A DNA stretch of 64,000 nucleotides from Ascidiella aspersa (GCA_963924565.1 OZ004607.1:31186001-31250000); one strand, 5' to 3'. Positions 51,601 through 64,000 are shown, counted from the first letter of the stretch. A program made the numbers and translations. The notes: a model not told the origin generated them from the letters alone.

Positions 51601-54546
51601 TAAAGACAGCTTATTTTGCGGAATACTTAGATTTAGACGAGCATATAAAATTCATTACTAAATAATAACTATCGCAATAAAATGCAATTTAAAACTACTG
51701 GTACAAGTTTTCTAATATTGTGGACATTTCTGTGACGCCATTCCAACATTATTTGCATATTGTCTAATCTCAGCCTACTAACCAAGAGCATCAGGTGAAA
51801 TGCGACAAGAGAATTACGGGAGGGGGCCTCGCACTTTAGTTCTCGAAATCGTTCGTCCGAGCCGAGCAGTTCAGTTTAATGCCGTCACCCCTTTTGCCAC
51901 GGTCAGTCGATCTCGTGCACTCGACAAACAAGTTGAACGCAGAGGATTAACGTGCCGCTATCCCCAGGTATACGTTTGCTGACGGCGCCAGAAAGTGGTG
52001 AGTGTTTTTCGCGTAAGCCGTGCATCTGTCGTTACCCGATCACGGCTCTATAGGTAAACTTCCTCTAATGCACTGGACACTGGCGCCTACGTTTTGCTCG
52101 GTCGCTAACTTTTTGCTTTGAAGCCGGAAGAGTTTGTATTCCGATATCCGACGCCTTGAAAAAAAACGCGGAATTTGAACAGTTCGGAAAAGCAAACGTT
52201 GTATCTGTTATGTGATGAGCAGCAATTTCAATATTTGTCTGTGTGCTGTGTCATGTAAAATAAATTTCAAATTTTAGACGATTTGCATGGGCTGTGGTAC
52301 AGGCGCTGGTTAGACGCAAGTACTTACATCGTTTCAAAAATTTTCGCATATGTAGAAAACATCCGATTATGGAAAAGGGTAATTCGCAGAACCCATATGA
52401 ACTCGTTGCCACCCCACACAATACGAAAAGTCTAGATTCGGGCTGAACTCCCACTAAGTCCTCCAGACACTTCTAAGCGTTCTGCTGGCTTGCGCGCCGG
52501 CTCCTGCTCCATTAAGAAGCGGCGGAAACGTGATTTATTGCATTCGCTGTAGCAACAGGCCAATCCTGGCATTGCTCGGCCGAATAAAGTTGCGCGACAA
52601 TTCAGATCGCTATCGGGTGACCTGTTTTCCAGCTATAAGCGCCATTTTGTCGCTGCCGATGTCGGCCTGTTGTTGTTGTGTAAGTTACACGGCAGTGACA
52701 AACGGCGATAGGACAATAAAGCTTTGGCTATAGTGAGTATGTCGCCTCTAGTTTAGCGAATTAGCTTTACTGCATCAGCACTGTGCCCACACCTAGTACC
52801 TTAAAAGCACGTCAAAAAACAGTTCACCCGTTTCCCTTATGAAATACGTTTTGCTTGCTTATTAAGTAATTGCCGTTTTACATAGGCCTAAAAATACACC
52901 CTTGTATTAAAAAATACCCTCGCAAAAATACCCTCGCCCAATTAGTTGGAAAGTTAGTTATATGTAGCAAGCATCGCATGTAGAAACAAGAAAATGTCCC
53001 AGGGACAGTTGCTGCTATTGACTTGTGAAAGCGCTCGCTGCAAAGCAAAGCGAACGAGAGCGAGTGAAAGGTCGAGCATCCCAAAGCAATATTGCGAGTA
53101 GAATCTGGCTCGCGACACCTAAAGCGAGCAAGCGGCCCCGGCCAACAGGGCAATTGTCACACGCGCAAATGCGGGCTATTACTGGCCAGAAGCGACGCTT
53201 TTAGAGATTGCAATCAGCCGCCGAGTTACGTTGTGACAACTCGCAAAGCGAATAAATCGAGAAAAATCGCCCGCGTCTGGCCCGTTGCTATATATTTATG
53301 TACATATGTACCGCGCTTGGATTCGGAGTTGTTTTAGGCTGACACAAATTGCGTTTTACGTCATTCGTCGCCTTTGCGCGCTGCTCCCATAGTAATCGAA
53401 TGTTTGGCAACGGCGAATCCGCCGAATGCTTTCTCGCATAAATGTAACAAATGGGATAGTTTACATAACTGAATGTATAATAACTGACAGGAGAAGTGAC
53501 AAAGCGGTATAAAGGTGCCTTCAACGTGCTACTCCGGTCAAGCTATTTAAAACGAATAAAATCTTCAGTAAACCGTAAACAAATTTAAGTAATCATACAA
53601 AGAATTTATGACATTTTGAACTCAGCTATTAACATGCCTCCTATGAAAAACGTGCTATGTCATTATTCCGTAGATTTGACAAGGAGCAGCTGTCGATTCA
53701 AACTCGTGCTGTTGCCAAAACACCATTTCAACATAGCCCAGTTTCCTGAACGGCCACAACACACAACGCATATTCACCGTCGCCAAGCACAGTCGTAGAG
53801 GCGACCTTTTCCTCACTCATGCGTGACAAACAATCATTTTAACAGACGATGACGGTCGTTACTGGAAAGCGCTGGATTGTGTTGTATTACGCAAATCCAA
53901 TAATTGCATCAGAACAACTTCCAAGCGCCTATATGAGCGCTGTCGCTATTTCTGGCCGTTTACTCATAACCAGGGGACAATGCGGCTCGTTGAAAATTAC
54001 TTTCTAATTCTGTACCACTTTTTTCTTTGCGATTGTGTAAACGAATATATATAAGGCAGTTGCCTATAAATATAAGCTTTCGGTTATTTCAATTATGATA
54101 AAATTTATTTAGCAGCATTTACAGAAAAATATATAACTTTACTACGCCAAGATTATTACGCACTTTTATAATTCCGTATAGTGAAGTGATGAAACCACGC
54201 GCTTTTGTTTAACCCCTTAAACCGTTGGGAAGAAGCCGGCGATCCCTTAAGCCCACCATGAACGTACGCAGTGAGGTTCATAAGTTTCGCTCGTGAGCGG
54301 TAAATATGACACTTGGTTTACCTTTTTCTTCTTTTGTTTAAGGTTAGGGCTATAAACATAGCACTACAAATATATACTTGTATCGGAAATCGCCCAAATT
54401 AAATTGGAATAAATTGTAGGGCACTTCAACGTTTTATCGCTATTCTATGCAGCTTTAAAGCGAAAAGAACACATTTTTCAATGATGTTGCATCACCGTCA
54501 GCAAAACAGTGTCTCGAGAGCCCCGTCCGAACTTTAACCCACTTAC

Positions 54547-54870
54547 CCCCAAAAGGGGTGCGGCCCGGGCCCCTTGACCCGCCCCACTGCCTGTCCAACA
54601 TCGAAGGCTTGCATATGAGTCTAAAACGCAGCCCCATGGCACTCTGAACCTACGGCTTTGCTCTCCGCGAATTCCGCGGCCTTCTTTTCAAAAGCGACAA
54701 TTTTCCCAATCGGAACCGAGCGCGTCGGTGCCAGGGAATCGTCGGCGAGCGCGTTTCTTCGCCGTTCGCTGAAAGGGGGTGGTTAAAGTATTGCGGTAAA
54801 TGGCCCGGCGGCTCCGCGATGGCGGGGCGCGCACAATAAAACGCCGCAAGACCCCCGAGCCTATATACCC
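54547..54870 (-). promoter_or_regulatory. Candidate Bmp2/4 core promoter and non-coding first exon (TSS about 54837, donor at 54547/54546)
   Basis: Inside a GC-rich island, the first T of TATATAG (54867) lies exactly 30 nt upstream of an Inr-like TTA(+1)TTG at 54837. A consensus donor GG|GTAAGT follows 291 nt later. All elements point towards the gene. Confidence 0.55.
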
Positions 54871-57800
54871 GGGGCTGTGGGCGCGAAGCGGGGAAGGTTA
54901 GACTTCGCTTGTTGTCGTCGCTAATTACGAGCGACACTGTACACCAAGGCAAACAGCGCTCTATAGCGTCAATAAAGCGCTTCAAGGGGGAAAGGGGGTA
55001 ACGGGATAACGCTTATTCTCTCTCGCTCATCGCCGAGTTTTAACATTACTAAGTCGGACCGCTTTCACGCGATAAGGCAACGGCCCGAGTCAATAAACGC
55101 GTTTCCGATTTTCGCATCCAAGGCTGTATCAGTATGACCGTCCCAGGTCGACCGGAAATAAACTCAGACTTCTCATTTACCAACGTTATACTTTGCTAAT
55201 TTATTTTTTAACTTGATCGCGATAAAAAAATTGTTAGTTTCTTGTCTTCAACGCTTTGAAATATTCATTAGAAAAAACATTTATGTGTAAATCACTGGTT
55301 TTCAACGGAGGGAAGTTTTTTAAATGCTCAATGTTGCCGCGAGATGTTTAGAATTTTTGAATTTCTAATTTATTACTTTCTTGGTAAGCTTCGTGACACA
55401 ATACCTTGTGTACGATTAGAATGCAACAAACATTTCTTACATTGTACATTGTTAATGTTTGTTTTTCAGTTTCGTTTATTCTTATCCACGTTACGAAAAT
55501 GTTGAAAAGGGTGCCGAAAAGGTTTTGAATCAGCTTTTCCTGAATAAACAAAATTCTTATTTTTAACGCATGTTGTCCTAACCAGTATTAGAAACTATTA
55601 TATTAAATTTACACCCAACCGTAAACAAAATTGCGATGAAACCAACAAATAGATAGATGAGCACGACATCTTTAATCAGAGTTCAAACGACGCTCGATGT
55701 CCTTGCTCGCGTGACTTCGGCACTCACATATAGGCCTGTATATTACTAAGGGACGATGCGCTCATTAAACTCGCAAAGGCGGGCACCTGCAGCAATCAAG
55801 TACAAATGGATTTGCAGGCTGACCGTGTTAAAGGTGGCCCGGGCAGAACAGCGAGGATCGACCGCAAGGGCTTCCTGCTCTTTTTGTTGTCTCCCGCCTC
55901 AGGTATCGAATTACCGCCTCCCTCCCCTGTTTTGTGGTTAGCTTTCATTGAAAAATCCTCGCTTAGACCCCCCGAGTTCAAGTTTCGTGTGGGCAGAGTA
56001 CTCCGTAATCTGTATTTTGCTTCGCGGCACCTATATTTCGGTCTATGAGTAAGTTTGTAGTAATGAAAGAACTTTGCGATAGTCGAATGATGTTTTAAAG
56101 AAATTAAATTTCCATTTCAAAATCTGTTTGTTGAAGAACTTAATAATATTAAGCAGACAAACATGTTTGTCATATGTAATTCTGTGTCTTTGTTCATAAA
56201 ATAGCAGTTTTGGTGAGCATTTCCAAATTAACTAAGTTTTCTTTTGACATGTCTACTATTATTGTTGGCTATTACTACTCGCGAAGGCGCGTGTTGTTAC
56301 ACGTGCATGACGAAGATTTAATTTGCAACATATTATTATACATGTGGTTTTCCTCTACAAAATTTTGAAATTTGATTTTGACTTGGCCCAAAAAATTGGT
56401 TTATAATCTTCTTATGCTGTGACAGCAACACAAAGACATATTAGACCCAGCATCGTTCAACTTGGCAGTTTTACGGAAGTCTATCAGTTAATTGTTAACT
56501 AACTGGCGATTGAAGCGCGTTTAACGCTAGCCTTTCTAACCAGAAGGGCCCGCGCCAATGGGATGTTTGTTACATTGGAGCGAACAAGGTGTCAGCTGCA
56601 TGGCGTTCTCGCGTGCTACGCCCGTTCAAAGTCGCGATTCTGCGACCTGTCGATTGCTGGGTGTTACGGCCAGAAGCGACCGAAATCTCCTGTAATTACT
56701 GCGGTCAAGTTCGTCCCGATTCGCGGCCACGGCGAGCTCTGCAGCGGGCCCCGGCCTCCAATTACTCCTCGGCGCGGTTTAATTAACGCCAGGGCGGCTT
56801 ACAAGGTGCGAAACTTACAACAATTAAAGGCGACTTCCTGTGACTATTCTCACCTGGTGCCCGGCGTTTGGCCGTCGGTGGCTTGCAAAATCTTCCTGGG
56901 GTTTCGGCTTGAGGTTTTAGTCTTTCCGTAGTCGGAGCAATAATCCAGCAAGACGTTCAGGTTTCAAACAGCGGTTTTGTTATTAGCCTATCTTGGCAGT
57001 AGGTCGGCGGCAATCTGAAACGAAACGTGGAAAATGGTCGGAATGCTTTGTCGGACTTGGCCTTGATATCAACCCGCTATTTATAAGTCGGCCTTCACCT
57101 GCCTGGCCGAGCAAATTCCCTGCGCGCCTCTTCTTCGAAAAAGTGCGAGAAAATGAATAAAACCCGTAATTTTTCGAAGAAGACAAGTGCGCGCGATATT
57201 CAAGGCAGTCGATGCTAATCTTCGTAAACAGGTGCCTCCGAATATTGTCGCGAATCGATTTAAGCGTGGACGACAATTTGCACCTTGCTAATGCCGCCAT
57301 TTATCCGACTCCGCCGGTTATGAATCGGATATTTGGAAGTCCAGGGTGTGTTGGTCTAACGCTGGCAAATTTCCGGCCAAATAAGCCTAGATATTGCGCT
57401 TGAAATTGCGTGAAGCACGTGGCGTAAACTTTATTTTACATTAAAAAGCAACGAGACGCGCCAGCCGTACATACGCCAGTTGTCTGAAAAGTTGCTATGA
57501 GAAGATGAGTATTTGCAAATAAAAGGCACCAATCGCTTAAATAACGTAAACTTTGAGTTATCGACAAACAAAGATATGATTTCATTTGTGGCTGTTTTGT
57601 GGGGGTCAATTGACTTAAATCGAAAGAGAACGCGTGGGTATACGCAACGAAACATTAAACTTTTTCACCAAAGGTCACGTAATTTTTAAGCTTCACGCAT
57701 GCATGCTAACGCCTAACGGTACCAATGAATGGCATTGGATGCGTTCAATCAATCCTGCAGCTTAAAGCAAACCAAACCGGCACGCGATCTTGATGGAATC

Positions 57801-60800
57801 GCCGGCGAATTACTCAAAGTTTGGAGAACTTGTATCTTGGCGTCGGCGGCCGTAACCCGAGACCGGGCGCGAAAGCATAAGCAGAGACGGCCCGTGGCAA
57901 CTTTTCGCCGACTCTCTGGATAAATCTGTGCGATCATCGCGTTCCGAGCGAGCTGCGTTGCTACGTCGAGCGTGAAGGTGGTTTTTAGTGCGTGCTCGTG
58001 CGTGAAATTTGTTGCTGATCAAGTGTACTGAGTGTGGAAGGCTGGGCGGCAAATTCCAAGAGCAAGGTTCACCACCCGCACACTCCGCTGTCTAATGAAC
58101 CCGCCTGTAAGAAAAGCCATTGCCGTTTAATTGCCCAAGGGCGGAGGGTAAGAGGGGCTACTTTCACGTGACAGTAATCAGTCAAAGTCTATATACAGAA
58201 GAAGGTATAGCATTTCGTGATTGGTACCAATGATTAATTTATTTAAATAAACGGCTGATCCAATGTGACCCAATTCTGCATAGACTTACTTTTCGGACGG
58301 CTAACTATACCAACCCCCTGGTTAAGTAAAAATCAACCCATACCGGTTTCTAGCGCTTATAACTGGATACCTAGATTCGTATATAGTTATCCGCAAAGCT
58401 TTACGATCGTTAATATGGGGCAATTGCGTTACACTTTATGGAAGCCGTATGGTCACCGTATTCCAGCTATCGCGTCGGTTGTTTGCAAACAGGGATTACC
58501 CTGTCGTGGCGAAGAAAAAGAAACGAATCGCCGTGTTGCTTTTCGCCGCGGTTTTAGTGAAACAGAGCCCGCCTTAAAGAAGCCCAAAAGGGGCAGGAAA
58601 AATATTTATATTGCGCTGGAAGGCGGCGTGATGCCGAGCTTGGAGCGAACTGCGATGCCTATCGCCTCACGAGATGTCTGCACATGTCACTTATCCACAG
58701 CGCGGCGAGCGGGGGCGATCGGCGGTGCTGTGATTTAGCTTAATACGCCGCCCTTTGCAGCACGAGGCCCTTGGCGTCTCGGAATCCGGCCGCTTTTCGA
58801 GGCCTTTCAAACGGCCACAGGCTCTCTTTTTTAGGCCCCCATGTCCGTACAACGTTTCTGCCCCCGTTTGAAAATCAAATTAGCGAAAAACACGCAATTT
58901 TATGTGAAAAAGAGCCTTGGATTAGGGGCGACTGCTTAAGTTTGCCATCGGGGTGGACAAGTTTATGTAAAATATGGACGAAAATAAGAACCAGTCGTTT
59001 TTCCGGCGACATCAGACTGGAGGGTACATTTCGCACTGCTTACAGTTTCAACTAAAACCACCGTCGATTAGTTAAAGTTTTAGGGCCTCGCGTTGCGACG
59101 ATGGCAAGACGGCCACACGTGTCAGCGGCATGCGGGCATGTATGTAGACGGGTAACACAAAGCAAGTGACTCAGTCCATGCAGTATCGCCTTTCGGTGAT
59201 TATTCGCGACCGGAGTCTATGCGCTGGGTCGCGTCCAAGCGGCGCCTGCCCAAAAGCGAAAGCACCGGTGCCGGCGCCGACTTAGCACGGGCGGCTCTCT
59301 TTTCTGTTGTCTTCTGCACTGCCGCACACCTTTCGTAGCGTTTCGTGCATTTTTTGACGCGCCCTGAAAGGGAAAAACTCGCTGGCACTAGCACTTCGCT
59401 ACCCGATCGCCTCAATCCCGTTGTGTTTCGCGTTCCTGAGTAAATTCCCAAGCTACCTTTCTCGCACGCGTCGGGGAGCCAAACAGAAGCGGATTCGACA
59501 AATTACTATTTCGCCACAGCGCTCTGATAGGCAGTAAGGCGAGCTACAAAATCGTCCAAGGCACCACCTTATACAATTTTCGAAGAGAACTATACGATAG
59601 CGTCTAAGAAAAGGGGCGCGGGGGGGGGGGGAGCATTATGCCAATCAAAGGTAGTAGCTATATCAAAAGCAATATTATACATAATTTCGAACGTCTAAAA
59701 TCCATGTAAAGCTGCGACCGAATACAAAGAGAACTCCATAAAATTGACTGAGGCATTAACGTAAAAAACACACCAACACTATTCTTGAACAACAGCTTTT
59801 GTAACCTTTAACCTCGAAATGTTTTTAATGCTGATTAATGACCTTTGGGCGGACATCAACACCCTGAACCCGGTCAAATTTTGACAAAAATGCTCTCAGC
59901 ACCGAAAACATTTTTTGCTGGTTGTCAGAAACCGGCGCGCCTAAAAAAGATTGATCGGGCGTCAATCCGGCAAAAAAACGAAAACTCCCAGCGCGGCCGG
60001 GGCTAAGCTCGTTTCTGGTAAAACAACAACAGAGCGCCTCGGAAAAGTGCCGTGACATGCATGACAAGCATTAAGCGCGCTGGGGCGTGACCGTAAATGT
60101 TTGTGTTGGTGAAGGCAGGTGCAGGTCCTTGTGTTTGAACACGCCAAACCAAACCTGCTTGCCCTTGCCTTTTAATCTGTTGTCGGTGAGGCGAACGGAA
60201 ACACGGTCCAAAACCACATAAGGAGACTAGATGCGCGAGACCATGGCCGCTTCGCAGGCCAGTGTATACCAGAAATCAGTTACTGGTGTTAAACGTAGAC
60301 TGAAACAATATGCCGCATTCACGCCTAGGGGCTTACAGTGCTTGAAAATTAGCTATACAGAGAAAAGTAAAAAAAATGTTTTTTCAAAGAAAAATTTAAG
60401 GCTTTGAACTTTGTTTGTCACCCTGTGAACACCGCGTGAATGGTCCTAACTGCTAATATAGTTTAACTGAAAAAGTACACATGTCGCATAGGCGGCGCAT
60501 TTTGAAAAAAAAGACAGTGAAAGCCCAACTGTTCGATTAAAAAAATTGACTGAGGAAAATAGATAGATCTATATCCTGGCTCAAATTTGTCGGTCGCCAT
60601 CCAAGCGCCTTACCTTGCCTAATTTGCAGTTGGCCAAATTGGCGGGTTTCATAGCCTATCTGTAAGCGGCCGATGACTGCACATGGCCCGCCGCGATACC
60701 GAATATCATTAGCGCCGCTCACAGATCCTTATCTTTGCCTGGCATCTGCTTAGTCGTCACTTTTGATCGTGTCCCACCTGTACTCGAAGTTTGTTGTCGG

Positions 60801-61974
60801 GTCGCAGCACAAAACCGACCACTGTGTGTGTGCGTCGATATACAGCTATTTCGGGAGCATATTCTCACTTCTGCTCGCTGATAACTGTATTTAGCGGCCG
60901 ATCGCGGATTACAAAAGCTAGAAATAGCTGATTTTTCATCCCTACTGCCTGGCAAAGCACCGAGCGAAATAATTAACCCCGGAGAGCTTAAAATAGAATC
61001 GAAATCCAAATTTGACGATTATCTTCGCTTAACATTCGAACACAGTATTTATCAAGTGAAAATGAGCTGGAATGTCGGCCCTGGCTGAAAAGCGCCCGTT
61101 TATATTTGGAAGTGATTTCGATTGCGGCTTTCGCCGGCTAAACCTTGTTATTTTCACGCGCGCGCAACCTTTTCAACTTATCGCAGTGAGGCTTCAGCAA
61201 TACTTTCGCCCACGCTAAATTGCTGCTTTCTCAGTTGTGCGATTTTTTAGCAGAATTTCAATCGGCCTGTCCTGACAAAGGCTGATTTGTTCACATTGGG
61301 TGCGGTTAAACAGAACACATTTCAATACAAAACGACCAAGAGCACTAAGGTATTTGCTATAAAATTACAACGTATGGACGTAATTTTGCCATGATCCTCC
61401 GCCATAATGTAAACTTCGCCACACTTTCCGATCTGAATGTTATCGTTATAAATTGACCTTATAATCTTGATCTGACGATGAAGCTATAAAACCTCAACAA
61501 AAAACACAATTAACTCGTTGGCAAAATTTCGCCACCAAGCAACATCTCTACCTGAACCTGTCACTGTTGAGAGTATAGAGACCGACTTGAAATGGGGCGA
61601 TTCGCCTATAGACGGCTCAGCGCCGCTCGCTAAAAAACGCCAAGGCTTCCCGGGCGCTCAAAGACCGCGTCGCCGCGTTTTTCGGCTCGCGACCTGATCT
61701 CGGTCGAGCTCTCTACCTTCCGACAACGCAGCGGCCTTGTGATTATGTTTACTTTCGATTGCCCGGGCTCGTTCGGCGGGTCCCCGTTTTTTTTCGGGCG
61801 CCCTTCTTTGCGCGCGCCAGGCGAACAGACGGACACAACAGCGAATGCCGCCGGCCCAGCCACCCGAGCCCCCTGTTTTCCGGCCTGCGCTTCGATTTGA
61901 TTTGAAGATCGCCCGACTTGACGAGAAGTAAAGAAAAAACTCGATTCAATTCGATTCGGTAGCCGGGTTCAGTT

Positions 61975-62016
61975 TTAAATGATGGCAGTCTTCAATTGGG
62001 CGCTGCTTTATATATA
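61975..62016 (-). promoter_or_regulatory. Second candidate TATA+Inr core promoter facing Bmp2/4 (TSS about 61980)
   Basis: TATATATAAAG at 62016-62006 (TATAAA at -32) and an Inr matching TCAKTY (TCATTT, A at 61980), followed by a GC-rich leader-like block. Only weak donors are nearby (GTAGAG about 61716; AAG|GTAAGG about 60613). Confidence 0.35.
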
Positions 62017-62623
62017 CGTTGCGGTCAAACGCGCTGTTTTTTTCTTCGCCATGAGCTTCGTCCGATTCGTACACAATGTCGGCGCTTGGCAATTTGATTC
62101 ATCTGGGAAGAGACGCATGTTTACGTGTGTGTTTTTCGCCCCGTCAAAGCTGCGGTCGCCCGGTACACTTTTGCACTCCCATATAGGCTCAACGATTTTC
62201 GATTCAACTATTTCACAGGCCTTATGTTGTTTCGCAGTCGGCTGATTTAATACTACATCGTTAAGTTAGTGATTCTCGACAGTGAATCATTTTAGACAGA
62301 ACTTGACAGGCGGTGATGAACTTCGGCACTTTGTATTAACTCCTACGTAAGCCGCAGCCTTCAAAAAACCACCTACTATATTTTCGACCTGTATTGGCAA
62401 GCTCTCTATCGCTACCGCGTGGATATCGCGTTAGATCGCAGAACTTAGATTACAACTCGGGGTGTTTCACATCAAGCTAAAATAAAAATCAAGTAGGAAT
62501 TAGCGTTGTTAAAAAATGCGGGTTAACAAGGTTAAAACGACCGCACGTTTTGATTTCAATTTTGCACGCCATCAATTAGGTTATTTTGTTACAGTATTTA
62601 CGTTATTCGGTATCGCTTTAGAC

Positions 62624-62960
62624 CAGGGGTTCTTAAACTTTTGTTACCGCGGACCCCCTAATTTTTTTTCCTCGTGTGGACCACGGTAGGCAAGACATTT
62701 TCAGGGATGAGGTTATAAATTAACGTCACAAGACAAATAGGCTTTAGAAATCTGCTGATTTTGTTCCCAAAAAATGTAAAAGTGAAATAGAATCTAAATA
62801 CATTCAGTGCAAAAATGTTTTATTTTTCATTAAACTATTTTTGTTAAAAAATTGATTGCTTCTTTAGTATACATTAACATTTCTATTAGGCCTTCATGTA
62901 CCCTCTAAAACTAGTTCACGGACCACAAGGGGTCCATGGACCCCAGTTTAAGAACCCCTG
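62624..62960. mobile_element. Intact hAT-superfamily (Charlie-like) MITE, 337 bp
   Basis: Perfect 16-bp TIR CAGGGGTTCTTAAACT / AGTTTAAGAACCCCTG, perfect 8-bp TSD CTTTAGAC (62616-62623 and 62961-62968), and subterminal palindrome GGGGTCCATGGACCCC. Confidence 0.93.
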
Positions 62961-64000
62961 CTTTAGACGGCCGTACTTTTCGCTAAAATGTCAGGTATCG
63001 GTTTAGAGAAACCATACTCAGTATCGGAAATCCCTGGAATAAAACTAGCACGTAGAACGTTCCTCTGCCTCAGCTAGTGTTAACTAACGCAATGTACCGT
63101 ATTTCTAGCAAATCCAAGAAGAACTTGGAAAATCTAGAAGAACTTGTAAAGTAATTAATTGCGTGCGTCACGCGTCGAAAACTAAATCAGCAGGGCAAAC
63201 ACCACACTCGTGCCTCTCTCCTTCAGTAAGCGGCGACACTCCCCAGAGTTATCCCCGCTCCGTAATCCATGAACAAATTGAAACGTGGCGTTTATTGGCT
63301 GGCCGACGTTGACCTTGACACGCAAATTTTTGACCTTGGCGCCACCAAAACGCGCGTCGCTTTGATCCGATTGTGTGCATTGGTCTTTAACGTAATGTCG
63401 CCACTATGCGTTTTGCGGGCGCGAAAAATAATCATGCACATATGTCGGTAGTCGGTAACCCGCATAATTTACAGGAATCTTGTCGGCAATGCTTTTAAAG
63501 TTTTGAGGACACATTCTCTAATCCCATAGGACGCTTTGTAGTATTTTGAGACGAATCACTGATGAGAAGTGTAAAACGGTTGTCAAACAGCAAACCGGGG
63601 TATAGTTTGACTTTGAGTCTTTAAATATTTTTATGAATTGATCTTTTTTGTGATAAAATTAGGCCTAATAAATATTTCATTCATACAACTCAAATCACTT
63701 TTTACTGTGATAAAAAAAGTTTTTCAATATAATCCAACACGAGCACATTTAAGTTAAAAATACTTTCGTCCATCTTTTCTTAGTTTTTTTTTTGTCGTAT
63801 AATGGTGGTTTCCTGACGGTGTTTATTAAGTGCTTTAGGAGAATGTTCTTTTAAAAGCAAATGTATAACAAACGTCCTACAACGATGTTCATTTTTTGCT
63901 GACCTTTAAAACGACTTTTTAATACATAAAAATAGACCCTAAATAGCTTTATTTAATGTAGTACCACTGTTTAAAATCGGAAATACGTGAACTTTACGGA

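Noticed and set aside
1-64000. Known conserved miRNA seeds (e.g. TGGAATGT, TATTGCAC, TAAGGCAC) and remaining short ORFs
   Set aside because: Matches stop at the seed and show no pre-miRNA hairpin. The short ORFs coincide with GC-rich blocks where stop codons are naturally rare.

Overview
Eukaryotic, non-vertebrate animal DNA. CpG is not visibly depleted; an invertebrate deuterostome, probably an ascidian/tunicate, is my inference and is not proven. The only well-supported protein-coding gene in the 64 kb is a BMP2/4 (dpp-class TGF-beta ligand) on the minus strand. It has two coding exons (42147-41760 and 38463-37583; 422 aa) joined across a phase-1 GT-AG intron after the conserved SFHH motif. 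A non-coding first exon with a TATA/Inr promoter probably lies at about 54837-54547, and a second candidate promoter lies at about 61980. The rest is a gene desert of GC/CpG-rich, motif-dense blocks (candidate cis-regulatory modules) alternating with AT-rich spacers. The spacers hold several MITEs (hAT-type with 8-bp TSD, PIF/Harbinger-type with TTA TSD), fold-back repeats and a tandem duplication. The most unusual items are a hammerhead-ribozyme-like (Penelope-type) motif inside a perfect inverted repeat, a related 50-bp perfect palindrome, a decayed orphan ORF with splice and polyA signals, and repeated fixed-spacing motif grammars. I found no convincing novel multi-gene system; nearly all short ORFs in the track look spurious.
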